Assembly (NCBI GenBank): GCA_020891255.1 | Contig: BQFW01000003.1 | Coordinates: 1,426,001 to 1,490,000, forward strand | DNA length: 64,000 nt | From: Entomortierella parvispora E1425 | Taxonomy: Eukaryota; Fungi; Mortierellomycota | Reading direction: 5' to 3' | Shown: positions 36,833-46,882 of the stretch, piece after piece | Numbering within the stretch: position 1 is the first letter of the stretch | Layout: each line of letters opens with the position of its first letter | Made by a program: the position numbers and the translations under genes | The notes under the pieces: model-generated | Database searches by the model: none | What the model saw: only the letters and a program-made list of their open reading frames with translations | What the model was told of the DNA's origin: nothing

Positions 36833-38593
36833 ATGGTCCAGACGCGCTCCCGCTCCAACCCCAAGGCTGCAGTCCCCCCCGAGACCACGGCTGCCGCCTC
36901 GGCATCCAACAAGTCTGCGCCCTCCAAGCGCAAAAACGCGCCTACGACTGTTGCTGCTCCTGCGACTAAGGCTACAAAGGCCGAGGGAACGGCAGACGTT
37001 GCCGAGGCCAAGGCGGTGAGCAGCGAGGCCAATTCCGCAGCGAAGGCCACTAATGGCGATGAGGCTGAGGAGAGTTCCACCGCTTCTTCTTCCTCCTCCT
37101 CTACCTCCGTGGCCCCTCCCGCCCCAGCAGCCCCTGCGACTGCCACCATCCCTGCTCCCGTCGAGGTCCCTACTGTTCCCGCAGGCGTATCCGTTGTAGC
37201 CTCGGAGGAGGACCCCTCTGTTCATCATGCAAAGGAGAAGCACGCCAGCGGCGGTATCCACCCTTATGAAGTTGTTGTCTCTGATATTGAGGGAACAACA
37301 ACCCCGATTGTCTTCGTGAAGGAGAACTTGGTAAGTCGACCTGATTTTGATTTTTTTTTTCCCTCCTAGGGGATGCCCCTCAAATAGACGACGCGCCGCG
37401 GATAAACAGAGCAGAGACACATAGAGAGTAACTTTTTTTTTTTTTTTTTTTTGCCTGTGCTAGTTCCCCTATGTCATCTCCAAGCTTCCCGAGTTCTTGA
37501 AGCGCAACTGGGCTAGTGATGAAATGAAATCTGCAATTGAGGCCCTTCGTGTCCAGGTACTCAAGCAAATATATATCTACCACAATTTTTGACGCCTGAA
37601 GAAACGTAGATATTGGTTCTGATATTTCCCCATGGATCTAGGCCGCCAAAGACGTTGCTGAAGGTCACACCGATGCCACCCCTATTGCCACTGAGTCCGG
37701 TGAAATGTGAGTATCAGCTGGAGAGCCAGCTGTCTCCTCATTAACATTTTTTTCTTCAGCTAACAACTTCCCCGTCCCTGTAAATAGCACGGCAGAAAAG
37801 GTCCAGGAAGACGTCATCGCCTCTATTGGATGGCAAATGAAGGCCGATCGCAAAATCGGCGCTCTCAAGGCATTCCAGGGTTACATGTGGAGGGAGGGAT
37901 ACGCCAATGGTGACCTTAAGGGCGCGTAAGTTGGTCCAACTATACCCTTTTCGGCATCGCTGTAATCAAAATCGATTCTTTCTGACCTCGATGCTTCCTC
38001 CATTGTCGTGTAGTCTTTACGAGGATGTCATCCCGGCGTTTGATCAGTGGAAGGCCGAAGGAAAGAGGTTGTACATTTACTCTTCTGGCAGTGTCCCAGC
38101 ACAAAAGCTCCTTTTCGGCTACTCGGAAAAGGGTGACCTACTCCATGTAAGGATACACGACATGAGCGTAAACTATTGGAAGTCATGAGAGTGAGGAACT
38201 AACAGTTACATGCTTTGCAGTACTTCTCTGGTCATTACGATACCACCATTGGTCAGAAAGTAGAGGCAGACAGCTACACCAAGATTGCAGCGGATATTGG
38301 TCTGAGTCCATCCAAGATTCTCTTCTTGTCTGATAATATCCTCGGTATAAACAACGCCTTCTCCTTGTGTCTTTTTTCACGAGTTCGTCTTTCTTTTAAA
38401 CATCTTAGAACTAACTTTTTCTATGCTTCCTCTGTGCTGTCTTGTCTTCTAACTCTTAGAAATCATCGCTGCGAAGAAGGCCGGTCTCCAAGCCGTCGTT
38501 ACTGACCGTCCTGGTAATGCCCCTCTGTCTGAGGAGGACCATGCCAACAACATCGTCGTCAAATCGTTCCTTGAGATTCCCAAGCCGCAATAG
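36833..38593 (+). CDS. UTR4: Enolase-phosphatase E1 (methionine salvage, HAD family) with a long low-complexity N-terminal extension
   Basis: Motifs [17 protein letters not shown]|[48 protein letters not shown]|E and RPGNAPL. Confidence 0.92.
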
Positions 38594-38975
38594 GCGGCCC
38601 TCTTTCTGGGTGCTCTCAGCTATCCAGGGCTGCATTGATCCCTGAATCAGCCCAACGGATCTATCGACTTTCAATGATATTCTTAAAACCCAATAAACTA
38701 ACCAGTTTCGAACTGCTTAACCTCACTGCAACTCTAAGCCGAGCAGCACTTTCTAAGATAAGTGCCAGCAGGAAAAATGGAAGTTCCCTTCACAATATTC
38801 GCGTGTCTATCCTATTCTTCAAAAAAAAATCAAGCCGACAACTATGTCGTTCGTTCGTTTTTCACCGACCATGAAGGGACCTTTCTCTTTGGCCTTCGTT
38901 TTTTGAACGTCAATTGATCCTGTCCTTAACTACCAATCAAAAACTAGAAGAGAAAACAACTGAACTTCACCTCAC

Positions 38976-40120
38976 TGTCACAGGTACACATCTCATGTCA
39001 TACCAAAAGATGCGTTGACCCCCAATGTCTTGGATCCAGTCCCTATAACTTCATAACCCCTGTCCCATGGCCACTGTCTTATACCTCCAACCTGGACCTT
39101 AGTCTCGGGGCAATATCCCGATCATTTTATTTCAGTACAAAAAGAGAGTCCTTCCTCAACAGAAAAGAACTGTACCTTTCGATTCCAACTTCAGTAGTGA
39201 CACGAAACCTTGTCCTCGCTGCCCTTGTCCTTGTCCTTGCCCCTGTTCTCGTCCCAGTTCTCACCCCAGTCTCTTGTCTCTTCCACTCTAGTCGCTCTTT
39301 GGCTTGACGTGGTACCAAAGGCTACTCCATTCCAACAGTACACACCCTTTATCAAAGCATCCCGCTGCTACCTTGCCTCACAAAACGTCCCAGTCGCCTT
39401 CATGCGAAATATTAAGGCGCCCCTCTTCCATGGCAAGTCCAAGGAAGACATTGACGAATGGATCGCAGAGATCAACGAATACTATGACCTCATCAACACG
39501 CCAGCCTTCGAGCGATACCACTCCGCACGCCTCCTGCTGAAGGGAAACGCCCGTAGTTGGGTTCGACGCTACAGTGCACCTGCCGACCTGGACAAACAAT
39601 TGCGATGCTTTTTGCTCTGCAATCCAAGCCCGGTTTATCAGCCCCAACTCGAAGATTTTCGCTCGACACGAAACCTACAGGCTAAAAGCAAGCTGGTTTG
39701 GTCACAAAATATTCTACATTCAATTTAAGAACCTCCCTGCCAAGATCGATGACCTCAGCGATGCCGAGGGAATCCAACTCTTCATCGAAGGTCTGAAGCT
39801 CAGGCTAATCGAACACTTCGCCGGCAACCCAACGCTCCGCGATAGCTTGAGTCAGGCGGTACTGGTTGCCGAAAGTCTCGATAACGCCTTCCACCAGAAC
39901 TGCCGAGTGTTCACTCCAGAACCACCACAGCCACACATGGCCGAGGGCCTTGGCCCATGGATCTTGGCGTGGTTCAAGGCCAAACTCTCGTTCAAGGCCA
40001 ACGCACCCCTGCTCAGAAAAAGGCAGGCGACCTCAAAAACCGAGCATGTTTCTAGTCATCAAGTGGGACACCAAGCTCGTGGCTACCCAAACAAAAACCC
40101 AAAAGACAAGTCGCAGTAGA
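38976..40120 (+). mobile_element. Degenerate Ty3/gypsy-type LTR retrotransposon remnant: possible LTR ~38976..39309, then frameshifted gag
   Basis: Gag-like peptides (APLFHGKSKEDIDEWIAEINEYY, LLKGNARSW, IQLFIEGLK). TGGTACC PBS-like site at 39310. The LTR limits are tentative. Confidence 0.7.
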
Positions 40121-40594
40121 GCGTTCTGGGACCATACCTGCTCCAGAAGATGAGGCACTCTAAACCTCATCGGTGCGCGTGAACAGGGCTGTCTGCTGGG
40201 TCCACACCTTCAATGGTCGCTGATAAGCCCTCGACCTTATAATGACCTTGTGTACAAAGAGTTATGTCTAATCAGTCCACTTCTGCCTCGAACGTTGGAA
40301 ATCCAGTCCCTTGTCTTCCATCTGTTTCAATGCCAGGACCACGCCCTAGGCCTTTCCCAGGCTGTACTCGGATCTAGTTCATGATTGCGATCTCAACAAC
40401 TGGAAAATCGACCGTTGGTCGACTCCGTGCCTCCTCGGAATTCAGACTACTAATAAAAAGGAACCCAGTGTGGTGACGATGGCCGACCGGCTCGATCCCA
40501 TGGAGCAGTCGGCCAAAAAAAGGTCCTCCATGGTCGCCGAATAAATTCGTTCCCTTTGAAGGCACCTAGACACTCGCGAAAAAGCAAAAGGAAA

Positions 40595-40666
40595 TGCCCA
40601 CAGCAGGGATCGAACCTGCTACCTTCTGCTTACTAGGCAGACGCTCTACCAATGAGCTATGCGGGC
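40595..40666 (-). tRNA. tRNA-Thr, anticodon AGT, intronless, 72 nt
   Basis: GCCCGCA TAGCTCATTGGTAGAGC GTCTGC CT-AGT-AA GCAGA AGGTA GCAGG TTCGATC CCTGC TGTGGGC A folds as a cloverleaf, has A and B boxes and is followed by T-runs. Confidence 0.95.
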
Positions 40667-40726
40667 TGTTATTGCTTATTTTCTTTCGTGAACTAAGCCA
40701 CCTTTATGTCTCAGCTCTCTACGTGC

Positions 40727-41788
40727 ACGTGACCTCCCATTTTCCACGTGACCACGCCACCAAACGCGCACACCCGAAACGACTCCAATGGTACCAACAA
40801 ATGGAAAGAACAGGGGGAGTGAAGTACTTCTTGGAAAAGGATCTCGGAAACTAGTGATGAACGAGCATGAAAGGCCACAGAGGGGACTGGACCTGGCCTT
40901 GCTGTAGCAAGCCAGAAGCTCCCGCCCTTTGGTCGCGGTGTTACGAAACCAGGGTGCATGGGCCGTCATAGACGGGTTGTGCAATGCAAAAGCATTTTAT
41001 TTAGTCCGTTTCCCTTGGGTGGAGCAGGCGCACCTGCGTATGTGTACTTACAATTAACAGACAATAAACCCCGTACCTGCGAGGGACCCTTTGACAAGAA
41101 AAAAAACAAACAAATGGACACGCTCTTGTGGGCATCACTTTACTCTGCTTTTCATGACTTGTCAGCCTTCCGACCCCCTGAGCAGGGACATCTTGAAGCT
41201 CCGTTGGCATCGGCTTGTTCTGTCGTCACTGCTTACCAAGGACTGCTCCATTGGGCCCTGATCGAGGCATGGAGGCCAATTATTAAAGGCCCTCACTCTG
41301 TCGTGGTCGCAGTTGCTCAAAAGTTTATTAGTCGTCTGGACAGGGATGCCCTAGCTCGGCTTTGGAAGACGCGCTGCGAAGTGACTATTGCATGGGGGAA
41401 GACACATGGTATCCGCCCCAAGATGAAGAAGAATGCCTCTGGTACGATCTTACCACCGGACATTTGCCAATGCGGAAAGCCTAACACCGACCACCACCAA
41501 GGCCTATGCCCTGGTGCCCAAGATAATACCACGTTGGCCGACCAGCGCTTACTGGCTTGTGTGCGTGGCCAGGTTCACTTATCGACATTAGAAAGATGGG
41601 GAAGATCCGTTTTTTGTAACATTTTACTCTTCTTCATTACACGGTGACGAGCCGTGGCATTTGTTGCGCGGGGATCCGGGGTCTTAGTTCGTCTGGACCA
41701 CGCGGCTTTGCTCAGGTTGTAGATAGTTTGGTCTCGCATTTCACTTCTTTGGCTCGACCTAGCAAATAAAATGTTGCAAAAAAAAAAA
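40727..41788 (+). mobile_element. 5'-truncated non-LTR (LINE) retrotransposon 3' end, interrupted by a nested insertion
   Basis: Removing 40806..41108 and one TSD copy restores the frame HATKRAHPKRLQWYQQMDTLLWASL...ARLWKTRCEVTIAWGKTHGI...CQCGKP..HH..LC. It is followed by AATAAA and an A-run ending ~41788. Degenerate TSD CTCTAC(G)TGC. Confidence 0.6.
40806..41108 (+). mobile_element. Retroposed element A (5'-truncated LINE 3' end or SINE-like), poly(A) tail, 10-bp TSD
   Basis: AACAAATGGA at 40796..40805 and 41109..41118; AATAAA and an A-rich tail; homologous to element B. Confidence 0.75.
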
Positions 41789-41835
41789 GGCCCTCTACTG
41801 CGCTCGCTCATACCCTTCCCTTCATCAAATTACTG

Positions 41836-42181
41836 GAAGACCTAGTAAGTACTAGGCCTGAGAAACCGGGTACCCGTGCTAGCGGACACGGAGGTGGCAA
41901 CAGTAACTTTTGGTAACATCTCGGAGACTAGTGACGAACGGGCATGAAAGGTCACTTTGAGGACTGGGCCTGGCCTTGCTGTAGCAAGCCAGTAGCTCCC
42001 GCTTGGAGGTCGCGGACCACGAAACCGGGGTGCATGGGCCGTCATAGACGGGTTGTGCAATGCGAAAGCATTTTATTTAGTCAGTTTCTCTTGGGTGGAT
42101 CAGGCGCCAGCGTATATGTACTTACAATTAACAGACAATAAACCACCGTACCGTGAGAGACCCTTTGACAAGGAAAAAAAA
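41836..42181 (+). mobile_element. Retroposed element B (same family as A), poly(A) tail, 12-bp TSD
   Basis: ATCAAATTACTG at 41824..41835 and 42182..42193; shares ~260 bp with element A. Confidence 0.8.
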
Positions 42182-42399
42182 ATCAAATTACTGAACGACC
42201 TACGCGACCTGGCACCATGCCGCGCTGACAAATTGACTTATTCCAACCCATTTGACAGATCAATCTTGGACACGACGCGATAGAACAAGTGAAACGCGAC
42301 ACTTACGGCAGTTACTTTTTGATCTATGACCCTGCTACAAAGATTAATTAACTCGTTCCTCTTTCCTTTTCACCTTTTTCTTCTCAAGGATCTTCCTTG

Positions 42400-43888
42400 T
42401 ACATAGCCTATTCTTCTTTCCTCACATTTCGACCGTACTTTTTCTTTCGATGCGATTTCTTGCCCACTTCAGTGCTTGACCAAATGATCATCTTTCCACT
42501 TCCATAATTCTTGTGGACAGTCATCTTTCCCGTCTGGCCGACTCGAAGCGACTCTATATCTTCTTATCCTTCAATTTGTTATAAATACGGAGAAATATCG
42601 CTCTTGTTGGAATAAAGTCAGTCCTCTTATAACCGAAAAACTACACTAGCCAATTGCCCACAAACTACTCCATCCTGCACACCTCCTCCCCTTTGTTACC
42701 TTATTTCCGATCCCTGAACAAGCAAACCGAAATATCGCGTAACAACTTTTGGTGGTCTACGCTGGGGGCAGTACTGTCTTGCCCATCCTCGTCTCCGACC
42801 TCAAGTTAAGAAAGCCCTATTAGTCTGCAACGAACAGACAGATGGTAAGACAAGAACCATGAACTGTAGCCGTTGCGGACGTGCACAGTCAGACAAGAAC
42901 CAGGAACTGTGAGCGTTGCGGACGCGTGCCAAGAAAGCACCCCAAAGTCTACAAGAGTAGTCGAGTCCACAGCCACATCTCAGCACCCTCGCCCATTCCA
43001 TCACAACCGATCCAACCTTGTTTCCCCACATCATTTCCCAAATTTGTTCCCCTCTGCACCCCTCCCCTCTGTTCGAAAATTACAAAACACAAAAGATGTC
43101 TATCGCGGTGCCCGCCCCTCTTCCACGAGAGCGTGTCCTCGCTACGCCTCGACTGCACTCACCCGGCGAAGACCCTATCGCATGGCTGTCCCACTTCGAC
43201 CTTGTTTCACAAGGAAACAATTGGCCTCCTACCACCCAGTTCAATACGGTTGGTCTGTACCTGGGTCTCAATGCCCTGCACTGGTTCAAGGAAAAACACA
43301 GCACATGGACTACTTTCGACGACTTCAAGAAGGCCTTCCGTGCCAAGTTCCTCATTCATGCGTTTACGGCAAAGGCTCGCGCTGCTGCTCAGGCGTTCCG
43401 ACAAGAATTCCCGGACCGTTGAAGATGTCATATCCAACATGAATCGCTATCTTCAGGCCGCGGTCATAAAGGACGATGAAACAAAGAGAGCGTACTTTCT
43501 TACTAGTCTCCCCGACATCCGCCGTGCCGTGCTTCCAGGGACCTGTTCAACCTATGCTAAAGCCTACGCACAAGCCGTGATCGAAGGTGATGTACAGGCT
43601 GAAGTAGAAGCCCATGAACTAACCCATGGTCCTGCTGACTTTATGATGGTTGGCAATGATCCTGACTTTGCAAAAACATTCAAACGAGAATGGTCCGAGA
43701 TGCAAATGAACATCCTTGAAACCGCCACCGCCGTCAATCGTCTTCAGGAAAAACAGAATCGACCCCGATACAACCAGGAGCCTCGGACTCAGGACCCTGC
43801 CGACCGCCGAACCACCTATCAGTCCATGGACCCTGGCAGACACCCTCGTTTCGCTGAAACCAGAAGCTGCTTTCGCTGCCATGTAAAA
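42400..43888 (+). mobile_element. Ty3/gypsy-type retrotransposon 5' part: LTR-like region (left limit uncertain), PBS-like site, gag broken at the zinc knuckle
   Basis: TGGTGGTCTACGCTGGGG at 42750 is complementary to a CCA-ended tRNA-like 3' end. Gag peptides include EDPIAWLSHFDLVSQGNNW, FDDFKKAFRAKF and CFRCHVKG. One frameshift near 43410. Confidence 0.7.
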
Positions 43889-44303
43889 GGTGGTAGGAGG
43901 CCAATTGTTTCCTTGTGAAACAAGGTCAAAGTGGGACAGCCATGCGATAGGGTCTTCGCCGGGTGAGTGCAGTCGAGGCGTAGCGAGGACACGCTCTCGT
44001 GGAAGAGGGGCGGGCACCGCGGTAGACATCTTTTGTGTTTTGTAATTTTCGAACAGAGGGGAGGGGTGCAGAGGGGAACAAATCTGGGAAATGATGTGGG
44101 GAAACAAGGTTGGATCGGTTGTGATGGAATGGGCGAGGGTGCTGAGATGTGGCTGTGGACTCGACTACTCTTGTAGACTTTGGGGTGCTTTCTTGGTACG
44201 CGTCCGCAACGCTCACAGTTCCTGGTTCTTGTCTGACTGTGCACGTCCGCAACGGCTACAGTTTCTGGTTCTGGTTCTTGTCTTGCCGTCTGTCTGCTAT
44301 TGC
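43889..44303 (-). repeat. Inverted duplicate of 42827..43236 (5' UTR and gag start), forming a foldback
   Basis: The reverse complement matches 42827..43236 with few differences, and the ORF track shows the same peptides on both strands. Confidence 0.92.
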
Positions 44304-46218
44304 CAAAAAAAAAAAAAGAAAAAAAAAAAAGTGTTGATCCCAAACGCGTCAATTAGATGTAGATGGTCATTTGCGATATAAGAAGCGTGTTTCCTGTATT
44401 CTTCCAAGCCCAAAATCTGACTACAGTCGAGCTTGCATTCCAGTTCTTGTGTGCAAACGAAGAAATAATCTGCGGTAGAAGATCGTTTGGTTCCCACAGA
44501 GAAAGAATCGGACCTGAATCGGTTTGTCTCTGAGCCTTCGAGGGCTTGCCCGCAATGAACAAAAGAATTTAGTGACAGTGTCAATGGAGCGTTGTTTTCA
44601 CTTTCGCAGCTAGAGGGATACTTTTCAAAAAAGAACGCAGTGGAGAGAGTACAAGATGGGCACTGCTCAGCCGATAAATTTTGAGACGTCGAGTTACTTT
44701 CTTGTTTTGAAGGCTCCTTAGAAACGAAATGGTAGCCGATGTAAAACGTAAGCTGCACCACAATGGAATCATACAAACGATGAGCGGCCTTAAAATTGTT
44801 TTGAAAGGGGAGATCCAAGTATTGAATAGCGTGGTCTCTTGTTCCCCAAAAATCCAGCACCGCTTGTATTCCCACGAGTCGAAACGATCTGATGGTGTAC
44901 CAGTTTCTTCATATCCCACATTCCCCGAAGGGTGGGTGCGCTAAAGTCTCTTTTTTGTTGTTGTTGTTGTTGTCCTCGTTGTATTTAGTTGGTTGGATTG
45001 GAGAATCAAGTGATTGTGAAGTGAAAGTAAGCATAGTAGGCGTGAGTGAGTAAATCCCTGTTTGTCTGTAGTCGAATGCCGAATAGATAAATAATAAGAT
45101 CCAAGCAAAGCCTGGCATTATCGGGACTCTCGGAACATCCTCACTTGCCATAACCATCGCAATTCCTGCGAAAGAATACAACGGCACGATTCAATTGACC
45201 AATTGAATGAGGCTTGAAAAGTCAAAAGAAACAAGTAGACTGACGGCCTGTGGAGAATGTTGAGCAGTCCGGCGTCCCGGATACAATATTGCCTGTTGTA
45301 GACAGTCATTGTGAGCATATTGCAGAGCTTGGGGGAAGGAAATATTGCCACTTTAAGAGTCGCCCGTGAACGTTCCTGATTGAGCCCCTTTCTTCACCTT
45401 TACTCTCTGTCTGTTTCCGTCCGTTTCTCTTACAGGTGTGGTAGCGATGCGTGCAAAACACGATGGTAGCTGGCACTGACCTTTTGGAGTTGGGAAGCGT
45501 GAATAAAAATAAACCTGGAATAGGAGACGGAACGCTCGACCGCGGATCTGCATCAGTCGCAAACAAATTGACCCCTTTCTCCGCATGCTCTGTACGATGG
45601 TCCCACCGACACGTGTTTGCAGCACGCGTCTGTTCGCGGTCTTCATTATCCCTCTCTCTCTTTTTTTTTTTCTCTCCATCAATCTTTTGCAACCTTCTTG
45701 CTCCACTGGTGCACACATCTACCCCACTCCCGAACACAACATGCGGGATTTCAGGGTGGCCTATTCCTTTATTGTTTTGGTCTTAGCCGCTGTCTATCGC
45801 GTTATTTTCCGCGTTGTGTGTGGTTTTTTCACAGTCCCTTCTCCGGATGCATGTGGGAGAGGAAAGGAAAATCAATTGCACGGAGGATGTTGAAAAAAAA
45901 ACCCCCCTTTCCCTCTCTCGCCGAGGACCAATCCTAGGTGAAAATGACGAAACTAGATAGCGTTCGTTCATGATATGGCTACGAAAGGAAAGTAATAGGA
46001 AAGTAAAAGGGAAGGAGATGGGAAAGAGTCACCCACAAACCACTACCCATGACCATAAAACACAACAATGCAAACTCCCGAGTTTCCAAAGAGATCTTCA
46101 CTCATCTTCCATTCTTAGTCTTCCTTATTTTTACAAATCTGCCTCCCCCTCGCGGGAAGAGAGCCTTCAGCGGGAGTCTTTTCTTCTGATTTTTTGCATT
46201 GTGGAAGATTTTGTTGTA

Positions 46219-46534
46219 CAGTCCACATCCACTATCACTGAAAAATTTCAGTCATAGCGGATTTCTCTATATTTTGAGCGACACCATTGGCTGGCAGCGC
46301 TCTCAACTCAACGTTTCTATTCACTCTCTCCGCCCGTCCTTGTAAATGGAGAAAAGCACCATGCTCCCCATGTCCCACTTGTCCAAGAATTTGGTGCTTT
46401 TCTCCATTTACAAGGACGGGCGGAGAGAGTGAATAGAAACGTTGAGTTGAGAGCGCTGCCAGCCAATGGTGTCGCTCAAAATATAGAGAAATCCGCTATG
46501 ACTGAAATTTTTCAGTGATGGCGGATGTGGACTG
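46219..46534. mobile_element. Tc1/mariner-type MITE, 316 bp, nearly fully palindromic (143-bp arms, 30-bp spacer), TA TSD
   Basis: TA|CAGTCCACATCC...GGATGTGGACTG|TA. Arms 46219..46361 and 46392..46534 differ at two noticed positions. Confidence 0.9.
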
Positions 46535-46882
46535 TACATACTTTTCAAGCGTGCATCAATGCCGTGGATGGGTTGCGGCGTGGGGTGGGCGGGCTGGGCA
46601 CCTTTTATTTTTATTAAAGTGGGATTGCAACAGCTCCATGCTGTGGGCACTGACCAACGAAAACCGTTGAATGAGCTTTTTCTTTTTGTTTCGGTTTGTG
46701 CGACAGCTAAAGGTCTCACCGAGTGAGATTTTCCCCTGAGAGTTTTCTTTTTTTTTTTTTTTTTTTGGGTCATCGTCAGCATTGCATGATTCTGCATGAT
46801 GCCACCCCACAAATAAGTGCAAACCTTGTGACAGATGGTGGGTGTCTACCCTGTTTTTATTCTATTGGCAAAACCGTCAACT

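Noticed and set aside
40340-40380. Helitron-like 3' end (short hairpin ~11 nt before CTAG|T)
   Set aside because: The stem is only 4-5 bp, and there is no matching 5' TC end or Rep/helicase sequence.
40840-42085. Group I intron-like (GAGACTA...TAGTC) or hammerhead-like (CGAAAC) motifs in elements A and B
   Set aside because: There is no CUGANGA core, and the P/Q/J8-7 elements are missing. TSDs and poly(A) tails explain the units as retroposed sequence.
40806-42181. Elements A and B as the paired LTRs of one retrotransposon
   Set aside because: Each has its own TSD and poly(A) tail, they lack TG...CA ends, and A interrupts the intervening ORF.
44400-45370. Possible multi-exon membrane-protein gene on the minus strand (IRDAGLLNILHRP..., VPLYSFAGIAMV..PRVP, LFNTWISPF...)
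   Set aside because: I could not build a stop-free spliced frame with plausible intron lengths. At best it is a pseudogene, and I cannot confirm this without a homology search.
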